A stretch of DNA of 32,000 nt, taken from the NCBI GenBank assembly GCA_026625185.1, contig CP113000.1, positions 465,622 to 497,621 of the forward strand. The letters are read 5' to 3'. Shown here one piece after another: positions 1 through 6,917 of this stretch. The position numbers and the translations under genes are program-made. The notes under the pieces were generated by a model. That model saw only the letters and a program-made list of their open reading frames with translations. It ran no database searches and was not told the origin of the DNA. This DNA comes from Thermodesulfobacteriota bacterium. Its GTDB lineage: Bacteria > Desulfobacterota > WTBG01 > JAGOGO01. Numbering within the stretch: the first letter of the stretch is position 1; the number at the start of each line of letters is the position of its first letter.

Positions 1-45
1 CAACTCATCCAAAAGCTGCTCACGTGTTTTATAGGATTTGTTCAT
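1..45 (-). CDS. First 15 codons of a second copy of the PAS/sigma54 activator gene; continues beyond the left edge
   Basis: Identical to 6142..6186, the ATG-proximal end of the 4138..6186 gene (MNKSYKTREQLLDEL). Confidence 0.8.
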   Translation of the reverse strand, partial: MNKSYKTREQLLDEL

Positions 46-55
46 TGATTCGCAC

Positions 56-400
56 TCATGAATTCTTGGGTTTCAGATCGATGCCGACAAGAAACCTTTC
101 CGTGTCCGACATGTCGCCAATGAGCTTTCTCAGCGGCAGGGGGAGTTTCTTGATGAGCGTTGGGGTGGCAATAATCTGCTCTCCCTTGGCCAGCTTGGGC
201 TGTTGGTAGATGTCTATCACATCGAGTTCGTAGCAGCCTTCCAGGTGTTTTTCACAGAGTTTCCGGACATTGGCGATTGTCCGGGTTGACTTTGGGGTCA
301 TCCCAGTAACATACAGCCGAAAAACATACCTTGTCCGGTCTCGCCTCGCGGCCGCTTTTTCGAATTCCTCAGCGCTCGTTTCCCCTTTTTTCATCTTCAT
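56..400 (-). CDS. kaiB: KaiB-family protein, identical duplicate of 6197..6541
   Basis: 114 aa. The thioredoxin-like KaiB core (YVFRLYVTG..TPKS...VIDIYQQPKLAKGEQIIATPTLIKKLPLPLRKLIGDMSDTERFLVGIDL) aligns with cyanobacterial KaiB. Confidence 0.9.
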   Translation of the reverse strand: MKMKKGETSAEEFEKAAARRDRTRYVFRLYVTGMTPKSTRTIANVRKLCEKHLEGCYELDVIDIYQQPKLAKGEQIIATPTLIKKLPLPLRKLIGDMSDTERFLVGIDLKPKNS

Positions 401-425
401 GTCTGTTACTCCAAAATTTATTTTA

Positions 426-476
426 TCATCCGGAGACAGAACGAATGTCGAGTCCTACCAGCACGCGCTCAGTGTT
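426..476 (-). pseudogene. Orphan 3' fragment (last 16 codons plus stop) of the other kaiB paralogue, left at the duplication junction
   Basis: Identical to 6567..6617, the 3' end of the 6567..6917 gene. The homology stops abruptly at 476/477. Confidence 0.8.
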
Positions 477-668
477 AGCTAAGAAATTTTTAAGTTTTCT
501 TTTATTTCTTGACATCAGGAGGCCTTATAAGTGTTAGCTGGTGAACGTCTACGAAAATATCCCATTCATTCTTTGTTCCTTAGTTGACTTGACTAAAAGA
601 TTCTCGGAAGATGAAACAGACTCAAAAATGAACGCCCCTTGTGGTCGGGTGAATTTTGAAATCTGGAT

Positions 669-1952
669 TTAACCTGACAACCAATGCTTGTTGCAGTTGA
701 GCCTTATCCATTCCTTCACAATAGCATAGCCCATGAAGCGCATTATGGCATTCCTGAAACTAAGCTTAAGAAGCAAATAAATTGCCATGTAAATAGAATA
801 AAATTTAGCATAAGCCCTGATGACATTAAGCTGCAGCTCTTGGGCTGATAATAACTTTGGGACAAAAACTATATGCTGAGCGTCATAAAGGCTCCAGTCT
901 TTGGTAAAAATCCGCTTTTGCGTTTCGAGGTCTTCATAGACTTTTGTACCCGGGAAAGGCGTAAGGATTGACATCTGTATAGTGTCTATTTTCTGCTTAA
1001 CAGCAAACTTGAAGGTCTCCCATATGGTATTTTTATTATCGTCCTCTCCACCCAAAACAAACATCCCGTGGATTTTTATCTTCTTTTTGTGAAAAGAACG
1101 GATTGCGGTCACAATCTCTTCAACCGTCTGCCTCTTCTGAAAGGCCGCAAGGGTACTGGGATTAACCGACTCAAAGCCTACGCAGACGACACTGCATCCT
1201 GCCTGAGACATGAGATATATCAGTTCGTTATCTTTGGCAACGTCGGCGCGTACTTGACAAACCCAGTGCCTAATTTTGTGTTTTACCATCAGGCCCAATA
1301 AAGCCTTTGTGCGTTTAGGATGAGCGGCAAAATTATCGTCGCAAATAAAGAATTGTTTTGTATTCCGGGATTTCATTTCATTGATAATACTCTCGGCGCT
1401 GCGGAAACGGTATTCCCGGCCGAACATCTTGGTGACAGAGCAAAAACTGCAGTTGAAAGGGCAGCCTCGAGACGTGGAGATAGGCATAATGAGAGGAGGC
1501 AACCGGTACCCCTTGATCAATGAAAAGTCCGGAAGCGGCAAAGCATCAAGATCCTCGACGGGCCTGCCTTGAACAGCGGATTCTCGTCTTCTGCCCTCAA
1601 CAACGTCGACGATTGTCTCTTCAGCCTCCCCCACCACAACTTGTCTTGCGTACTCCAGTGCCTCATTAGGCAGGAGGCTTGCATGGACTCCACCTATGAT
1701 CACTTTTTCTTTAGGGAATCTTTTGGCTATCTCATAACCGCGTTTTGCTGTTGGAGTCAAGATAGAAATGCCAATGAGATCTGCCTTTAATCTCGCATAA
1801 TCAGGCACATGAATATTTTCGTTATATATCTCAACCTCATACCCCCTATTTCTTAGAATAGTCCCCAGATACACAGGGCCCAATAAGGGCATGTGTAGTT
1901 TGCTGTAGACATTTGCCTCGCAAGCGCGGGGCTCAATAAGCACGATTTTCAT
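669..1952 (-). CDS. B12-binding-domain radical SAM protein
   Basis: 427 aa. N-terminal Rossmann-like cobalamin-binding region (KIVLIEP...DLIGISILT...VIIGGVHAS), then the radical SAM cluster motif SRGCPFNCSFCSV (CxxxCxxC). Confidence 0.85.
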   Translation of the reverse strand: MKIVLIEPRACEANVYSKLHMPLLGPVYLGTILRNRGYEVEIYNENIHVPDYARLKADLIGISILTPTAKRGYEIAKRFPKEKVIIGGVHASLLPNEALEYARQVVVGEAEETIVDVVEGRRRESAVQGRPVEDLDALPLPDFSLIKGYRLPPLIMPISTSRGCPFNCSFCSVTKMFGREYRFRSAESIINEMKSRNTKQFFICDDNFAAHPKRTKALLGLMVKHKIRHWVCQVRADVAKDNELIYLMSQAGCSVVCVGFESVNPSTLAAFQKRQTVEEIVTAIRSFHKKKIKIHGMFVLGGEDDNKNTIWETFKFAVKQKIDTIQMSILTPFPGTKVYEDLETQKRIFTKDWSLYDAQHIVFVPKLLSAQELQLNVIRAYAKFYSIYMAIYLLLKLSFRNAIMRFMGYAIVKEWIRLNCNKHWLSG

Positions 1953-2046
1953 TTTTATAATTCCCGGTTTTATTTTCAGATCTTATTCCATAAGATAAAA
2001 TCCAAAACCATTTGAAGACGTACAATGATGAAACCGGGTTATGGCC

Positions 2047-2202
2047 TTACCGACCGACCAGGATTAAAACACCAGCAGCAATGGCGATTATCCCCATGAT
2101 CAAGGGTAGTCCCTGAAAGCTGAAGCTGGTCAATGCGATTAGCCCAGTCAGGATGAGCCAGATGCTCAGTAAGAGCATTCCCAGGTTCTTGGTCAGTTTC
2201 AT
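2047..2202 (-). CDS. Small two-helix membrane protein (51 aa)
   Basis: MKLTKNLGMLLLSIWLILTGLIALTSFSFQGLPLIMGIIAIAAGVLILVGR is almost wholly hydrophobic. AAGGAGG lies 8 nt upstream of this internal ATG, so the 69-aa track ORF (to 2256) is probably over-extended. Confidence 0.5.
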   Translation of the reverse strand: MKLTKNLGMLLLSIWLILTGLIALTSFSFQGLPLIMGIIAIAAGVLILVGR

Positions 2203-2259
2203 TTTCCTCGCCTCCTTGTGTGAGAAGTGAGATTCGTAAAAACGCAGCCGCCGCACAGG

Positions 2260-2469
2260 CTATTTCTGGGGCTCGCCGACCAGTTCCTCAAAAAGTGTCC
2301 GGTATTGAATCATCGCAAGGCGCAAGTCTTCCGTGTTGGCTTGCCCCCGGGTCTGGCGAAGCGCGATGTCGTGGGCGGTTCGGTAATTCTCCATGACCAG
2401 GGGATGGTCCACGGAGATATCCGCCGCACGCTGTTCAAAGTCACTTACCGGATAGCCGCGCGTGGTCAA
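2260..2469 (-). CDS. Hypothetical small helical protein (69 aa, TTG start)
   Basis: Open frame with a plausible soluble composition, in line with the flanking minus-strand genes. The overlapping plus-strand ORF 2227..2514 is Arg-rich, as antisense frames typically are. No family recognised. Confidence 0.4.
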   Translation of the reverse strand: MTTRGYPVSDFEQRAADISVDHPLVMENYRTAHDIALRQTRGQANTEDLRLAMIQYRTLFEELVGEPQK

Positions 2470-2526
2470 TCACATCGCGCAATAGTTGGTCGGCGTCCGT
2501 TACCGCACCTCTAGGGCTTTCTCCAC

Positions 2527-2724
2527 CTAGTTGATTTTCCTTTGGACCTTCCCGGCTCTCTTTTCATCTCTGCCTTCGGCTTCCAAGCCAGGATTGTTCG
2601 TGAGTTTTTCCGCCTTCTCCTTGACCTTGCCCTTCACTTCGTGAAACTTGCCCTCTACCTCATCCTTAGTCCTTGGCTTTGTGATGTTAACTCCTTTCTG
2701 AATGCCCTCCAATACGCCTAACAC
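2527..2724 (-). CDS. CsbD-family general stress protein
   Basis: 65 aa with the CsbD signature KDEVEGKFHEVKGKVKEKAEKLT...LEAEGRDEKRAGKVQ. Confidence 0.8.
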   Translation of the reverse strand: MLGVLEGIQKGVNITKPRTKDEVEGKFHEVKGKVKEKAEKLTNNPGLEAEGRDEKRAGKVQRKIN

Positions 2725-2731
2725 ATAACTG

Positions 2732-3232
2732 TCATTGTTGTTTCTTCATCACATTTTTTGTCGGTTCTTTTTTACTTGTCTCCATGGACATCATATTCTT
2801 CATTTTCTTAAACTGGTCGTCCGTCAAGATAGTCCGCACTTCTTGCATGGATTTTAACATCTCTAAATGATGAGCTGTTTTTATGTCTGCAATTTTTTTG
2901 ACAGCAGCGTTTGCCTTCCCTAGGTCGAAATCTTTCACGTCCATGATTTCCATAAGTTCGATCTGCGAAATCTTCTGGTCAGCTATGAATCGCGCCTGTT
3001 TTTTTTGCATTTCCCGGTGGATAGGCGTAATTTTATTGATCTGTTCATCGGTAAGCCCTATCTTATCCGCATTTGCGAGGCACATATCCATCATATTTCC
3101 CATCATGTCCATATTGCACATTCCCATCATCTGCCCATGATGTCCTTCATGTGTGGGCTTATCCATAATCTGCGAAAACGCAGGCAAAGCAAAAATAACT
3201 ATCAACAACAATGAAAGAACTATCTTTTTCAT
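2732..3232 (-). CDS. Periplasmic Spy/CpxP-like (LTxxQ-type) protein with a Met/His-rich N-terminal segment
   Basis: Signal peptide MKKIVLSLLLIVIFALPAFS. Two LTDxQ motifs (GLTDEQINKI, ILTDDQFKKM) in a helical body. Segment HEGHHGQMMGMCNMDMMGNMMDMC follows the signal peptide. Confidence 0.6.
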   Translation of the reverse strand: MKKIVLSLLLIVIFALPAFSQIMDKPTHEGHHGQMMGMCNMDMMGNMMDMCLANADKIGLTDEQINKITPIHREMQKKQARFIADQKISQIELMEIMDVKDFDLGKANAAVKKIADIKTAHHLEMLKSMQEVRTILTDDQFKKMKNMMSMETSKKEPTKNVMKKQQ

Positions 3233-3325
3233 AATTTACATCTCCTTGTTTGGGTTTATTTTGATAATTAGTAATGCGAAAAAGCGAAAATAGGGGCTCC
3301 GATAGCGGTCGATGACCCCCTGCGC

Positions 3326-3640
3326 CTATTTCACGATGAGATTATTCTTTACGGATTTGACCCCTCCGACGTTCCGTGCGATTTGACCCGCTTTATCGAC
3401 GGCCGTTTGAGAACCAACGAAGCCGCTCAGCTGGACGACGCCCTTGTAAGTTTCGACACTGATCTGGAAGGACTTGAGAAAATCATCAGCGGCAAGCTGA
3501 GTTTTTACCTTGGACGTGATGACCGAATCGTCAATGTATTGACCGGAACTTTCATGTTTGGATGTCGATGCACAGGCCATAAAGGTGGCGATCAACATAA
3601 GAAGTAAAAAATAGGAGATAAAGATATTTCTCTTTTTCAT
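3326..3640 (-). CDS. BON-domain (OsmY-like) lipoprotein
   Basis: Internal ATG at 3640 is preceded by GAGGAG. Lipobox-like LIATFMAC. BON pattern DDSVITSKVKTQLAAD...VETYKGVVQLSGFV.S....KAGQIARNVGGVKSVKNNL. The track ORF (to 3769) is over-extended. Confidence 0.8.
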   Translation of the reverse strand: MKKRNIFISYFLLLMLIATFMACASTSKHESSGQYIDDSVITSKVKTQLAADDFLKSFQISVETYKGVVQLSGFVGSQTAVDKAGQIARNVGGVKSVKNNLIVK

Positions 3641-3720
3641 TAGCAGGTACTCCTCTCTGTAAATTTGTTGGTGAACTGTTTGATTACGAGACCTTTTCTC
3701 CTGAAGGTATCGTAAGATTC

Positions 3721-3736
3721 GGCAAAATCTTTTCCA
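3721..3736 (-). promoter_or_regulatory. Candidate second sigma54 (-24/-12) promoter upstream of the BON gene
   Basis: Minus strand reads TGGAAAAGATTTTGCC. GG and GC have the canonical spacing and the -12 element is TTGC. It lies ~80 nt upstream of the 3640 start. Confidence 0.4.
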
Positions 3737-3793
3737 ACTTGCTGACCACCTCTTTTCCCAATACCTCACCTTCTTCGGGAAGAGTCCAAATCG

Positions 3794-3943
3794 TTACAAT
3801 ATCTTTCGTCCCTGAATAAGTTGAACCACCACCACGATAATGGCAATGACCAGCAGGATGTTAGTGATTTCACCCATCGGGTGGCCACTAACCAGCCTCA
3901 GCAGACACAAAATTAAGAAAATAACAAATATGGCCCAAAGCAT
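3794..3943 (-). CDS. lmo0937-family small membrane protein (49 aa; below the ORF-track cutoff)
   Basis: Hand translation gives MLWAIFVIFLILCLLRLVSGHPMGEITNILLVIAIIVVVVQLIQGRKIL*. This matches the MLW...LLVIA.I......GR pattern of this ~46-50 aa family. Confidence 0.7.
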   Translation of the reverse strand: MLWAIFVIFLILCLLRLVSGHPMGEITNILLVIAIIVVVVQLIQGRKIL

Positions 3944-4013
3944 ATTAAACTTTTTTTGATTTATCTATCACATCAAAAGGGAACATGCTTTGGTGTTTGC
4001 TAATGGATTGAAC

Positions 4014-4029
4014 TGCAGGATGTGTGCCA
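4014..4029 (-). promoter_or_regulatory. sigma54 (-24/-12) promoter
   Basis: Minus strand reads TGGCACACATCCTGCA, against the consensus TGGCACG-N4-TTGCW with exact GG/GC spacing. It lies ~70 nt upstream of the lmo0937-type gene and ~108 nt downstream of the activator stop codon. Confidence 0.75.
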
Positions 4030-4129
4030 GGATTGTTGTTGACAGGACAGGAGTTTCTATGATGTTGAAAATATTGAAATTTAAGCGAAGACTACAATGG
4101 AGGAATGATAGCGTGAAGGGTGCCGTTTA

Positions 4130-4160
4130 CTGATATATCAGGACTCTCCTGATATATCAG
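4130..4160. promoter_or_regulatory. Two copies of the perfect 12-bp palindrome CTGATATATCAG (4130..4141 and 4149..4160); candidate enhancer (UAS) for the sigma54 activator
   Basis: Both palindromes were read directly, 19 bp centre to centre, ~105-130 bp upstream of the -24 element. They overlap the last codons and stop of the activator gene. Confidence 0.55.
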
Positions 4161-6186
4161 GCATTTTCTTATTTCTTTGGATGCCCAGTCTCTGCATCCT
4201 CGATTCAAGCGTCTTTGGATTGATGCCTAAAATCTCTGCTGCACCGTCCTTGCCGCTTACCCGCCCTTTGGTGGTGTTCAAGGCCTCGATAATGCGGCGT
4301 TTTTCTACCTCTTCCAGAGTCCCGGACTGGTTTGCAGCTGACCGCGTAATCTTTGGTACATCAAAATGCAGGACAGGCCCAATGGTGACGATCATCGCAC
4401 GCTCGGTAACATTCCTCAGTTCCCTTACGTTGCCCGGCCAGGGATAGGCTTGCAGGGCTTCAATGTCCATCTTCCGTATTGATTCGATCCGCTTGCCCAT
4501 CCTCTTGCCGAACTCCTGAACAAAAGACCATACGAGCGGCAATATGTCCTCACGACGCTCACGAAGAGGCGGTATGGTAATCTGAAAAATGTTCAAACGA
4601 TAGTATAGGTCCTCCCGAAACCCGCCTTCGCTGACCAACCTGGCAAGATCGCGGTTCGAGGCCGTAATAATTCTGACATTGACCTTCACGGTCCGGGGGC
4701 TGCCCAGGCGCTCGAACTCACCGCTCTCCAGTACCCGAAGCAGCTTGGCCTGGAGTTCCGGCGGCAAGGAGTCAATCTCATCCAGTAAAATAGTTGAAGC
4801 ATCAGCAAGCTCAAAACGGCCAATTTGCTTCGACAGCGCGCCGGTAAAAGCACCCTTCTCGTGGCCGAACAGTTCACTTTCGATGAGGGTCGGTGGCAGG
4901 GCGGCACAGTTGACCTTAATTATGATCCGGTCCTTGCGGTCGCTCAGGTTATGGATCGCATGAGCGATCAGTTCCTTTCCGGTGCCTGTCTCCCCCAGGA
5001 TTAAAACGGTCGAGTCGGTCAGCCCCACTTGTTCTACCTGCTTCAAAACGGTACTGATCGCCTCACTGTTGCCCACGATATCCTTATGTGAGTATATCAG
5101 ATTAATTTCTTTCTTAAGATAGATATTCTCCTCATGCAATTGGTCTTTTAATTGTTCGATTATCCTGAGCGCTTCCCTAAGTGAGTTTGCCGCCTGTTTG
5201 CGGTCCTCTATTTCAAGCAAAAGCTGCTGGTTTACACTGAACAACTCTTCAGTCCGTTCCTTCACCCGCAGGTCCATCTCATCATACGCATTCTGGAGCG
5301 CCTGCTCTGCTCGTTTTCGCAAAGTGATGTCAATTATTACGACAATAATGCCGAGGACACCTTTATGAGTGATAAGTAAGTTTGCGCTCAATAGAAAGGC
5401 AAGAAACTCGTTTTTCCCATGCTTGAAAGTGACCTCAACCCTTTGAAGGATCTTGTCGGTCATTGCAGATAGAAGGACAAAGGGAGTCCCGTCAGGATAG
5501 ATGAGGTGAAATGCCTGGTCAAATGGCTGAAAGATTGGGCTTCTGCCGAAGAGTCTATCGGTCGACTGACTTGCGCGGATGATGAGGCCTTGGGGGTCGC
5601 AGAGAACAAATATTTCCGAAGCTTGATGAAGGATTTGAGTGGTCAGTTTTTCCTCTGCCAGGATCTCTTCATTGCGTTTTTGCTCTGTCAGGTCGGTAAC
5701 CACCATGCACACCGCGCCGGGCATATCCGTGTGCTCAAGGGCGCTTATGGAAAGTAAAACCGATGCAGGATTGTCACCTCCGGTCTGTAAGGTCAGTTCC
5801 CCCTTACTGTTCCCCTTTAAACCCCGCTCAAACAATGCCTTAAATAATTGAAGGTCTGTTGATGAAATGTATCGGTAGATTGACGATCCTATTACTTTTT
5901 CCAGAGACCCCTTGACGATATCTGCAAAACGTTGGTTACAAAAAAGGATCGTGCCGTCGGAAGCCAGGGTGACGGCCCCTTCGTTCATGGTTTCGACCAT
6001 GACCCGGTAAGGAAGATCGGCGCCCGATAGTGTAAAGACCCGATCTCCTTCCGCCGTTGAAACAACCAGACCATCCACCTCGCCGCTTACGATAGCGCGC
6101 AGAGTTTCCTCAGCTTCCCTCACCCGCGATCTGAGTTCCTCCAACTCATCCAAAAGCTGCTCACGTGTTTTATAGGATTTGTTCAT
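4138..6186 (-). CDS. sigma54-dependent transcriptional activator (bEBP): N-terminal coiled coil, two PAS domains, AAA+ domain, Fis-type HTH. No receiver domain.
   Basis: 682 aa. Walker A GETGTGKE, GAFTGA loop (ESELFGHEKGAFTGA), VRIITASNRDL, C-terminal HTH AAEILGINPKTLESRMQRLGI. PAS-like segments after the LRAIVSGEVDGLVV opening. Confidence 0.93.
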   Translation of the reverse strand: MNKSYKTREQLLDELEELRSRVREAEETLRAIVSGEVDGLVVSTAEGDRVFTLSGADLPYRVMVETMNEGAVTLASDGTILFCNQRFADIVKGSLEKVIGSSIYRYISSTDLQLFKALFERGLKGNSKGELTLQTGGDNPASVLLSISALEHTDMPGAVCMVVTDLTEQKRNEEILAEEKLTTQILHQASEIFVLCDPQGLIIRASQSTDRLFGRSPIFQPFDQAFHLIYPDGTPFVLLSAMTDKILQRVEVTFKHGKNEFLAFLLSANLLITHKGVLGIIVVIIDITLRKRAEQALQNAYDEMDLRVKERTEELFSVNQQLLLEIEDRKQAANSLREALRIIEQLKDQLHEENIYLKKEINLIYSHKDIVGNSEAISTVLKQVEQVGLTDSTVLILGETGTGKELIAHAIHNLSDRKDRIIIKVNCAALPPTLIESELFGHEKGAFTGALSKQIGRFELADASTILLDEIDSLPPELQAKLLRVLESGEFERLGSPRTVKVNVRIITASNRDLARLVSEGGFREDLYYRLNIFQITIPPLRERREDILPLVWSFVQEFGKRMGKRIESIRKMDIEALQAYPWPGNVRELRNVTERAMIVTIGPVLHFDVPKITRSAANQSGTLEEVEKRRIIEALNTTKGRVSGKDGAAEILGINPKTLESRMQRLGIQRNKKMPDISGES

Positions 6187-6617
6187 TGATTCGCACTCAT
6201 GAATTCTTGGGTTTCAGATCGATGCCGACAAGAAACCTTTCCGTGTCCGACATGTCGCCAATGAGCTTTCTCAGCGGCAGGGGGAGTTTCTTGATGAGCG
6301 TTGGGGTGGCAATAATCTGCTCTCCCTTGGCCAGCTTGGGCTGTTGGTAGATGTCTATCACATCGAGTTCGTAGCAGCCTTCCAGGTGTTTTTCACAGAG
6401 TTTCCGGACATTGGCGATTGTCCGGGTTGACTTTGGGGTCATCCCAGTAACATACAGCCGAAAAACATACCTTGTCCGGTCTCGCCTCGCGGCCGCTTTT
6501 TCGAATTCCTCAGCGCTCGTTTCCCCTTTTTTCATCTTCATGTCTGTTACTCCAAAATTTATTTTATCATCCGGAGACAGAACGAATGTCGAGTCCTACC
6601 AGCACGCGCTCAGTGTT
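6142..6617. repeat. Right copy of the perfect direct repeat (partner 1..476)
   Basis: See 1..476. It spans the activator start, the complete proximal kaiB and the last 51 nt of the distal kaiB. Confidence 0.95.
6197..6541 (-). CDS. kaiB: KaiB-family protein (paralogue 2, adjacent to the activator)
   Basis: Same 114-aa protein as 56..400. GGAG lies 8 nt upstream of the ATG. Only 10 nt separate its stop from the activator ATG. Confidence 0.9.
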   Translation of the reverse strand: MKMKKGETSAEEFEKAAARRDRTRYVFRLYVTGMTPKSTRTIANVRKLCEKHLEGCYELDVIDIYQQPKLAKGEQIIATPTLIKKLPLPLRKLIGDMSDTERFLVGIDLKPKNS

Positions 6618-6917
6618 TACCAGATCTCCGATAATCTTTTTAAGCGGTTCAGGAAGCTTCCTTACCAATGTCGGTATGGCAATAATCTGGTCCCCTTTGG
6701 CAAGCTGGGGATTCTTTAAAAGGTCGATCACTTCAATGCGGTATTTTCCGGCGAGGTGCTCTTCGCAGATTTTCTTTAAATTAGCAAAAGCCGTAATTGA
6801 TTTTGTGGTCTGGCCGGCTACATATAACTTCAGATTCCAGATTTCTTCTGCCGAACCGGTCTTTGCTTTCTTTCCCTTTCCTGTTGAGACAGGTGTCACC
6901 TTACTCTCCTTACTCAT
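6567..6917 (-). CDS. kaiB: KaiB-family protein (paralogue 1)
   Basis: 116 aa. Core [12 protein letters not shown]...[49 protein letters not shown]. About 55% identical to paralogue 2 by hand count. Its ATG overlaps the kaiC stop (ATGA). Confidence 0.9.
   Translation of the reverse strand: MSKESKVTPVSTGKGKKAKTGSAEEIWNLKLYVAGQTTKSITAFANLKKICEEHLAGKYRIEVIDLLKNPQLAKGDQIIAIPTLVRKLPEPLKKIIGDLVNTERVLVGLDIRSVSG

Larger units (their letters stand above)
1..476. repeat. Left copy of a perfect direct repeat (partner 6142..6617, offset 6141 bp). It reaches the left window edge, so its true extent is unknown.
   Basis: Base-by-base reading shows 1-476 equal to 6142-6617. The copies diverge at 477 (agct...) versus 6618 (tacc...). 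ORF-track proteins 24..209/6165..6350 and 56..400/6197..6541 are identical. Confidence 0.95.

Noticed and set aside
3841-3856. sigma54-like TGGCAATGACCAGCAG on the plus strand
   Set aside because: The GG-to-GC spacing is one nt short, it lies inside the lmo0937-type coding sequence, and no plus-strand gene follows.
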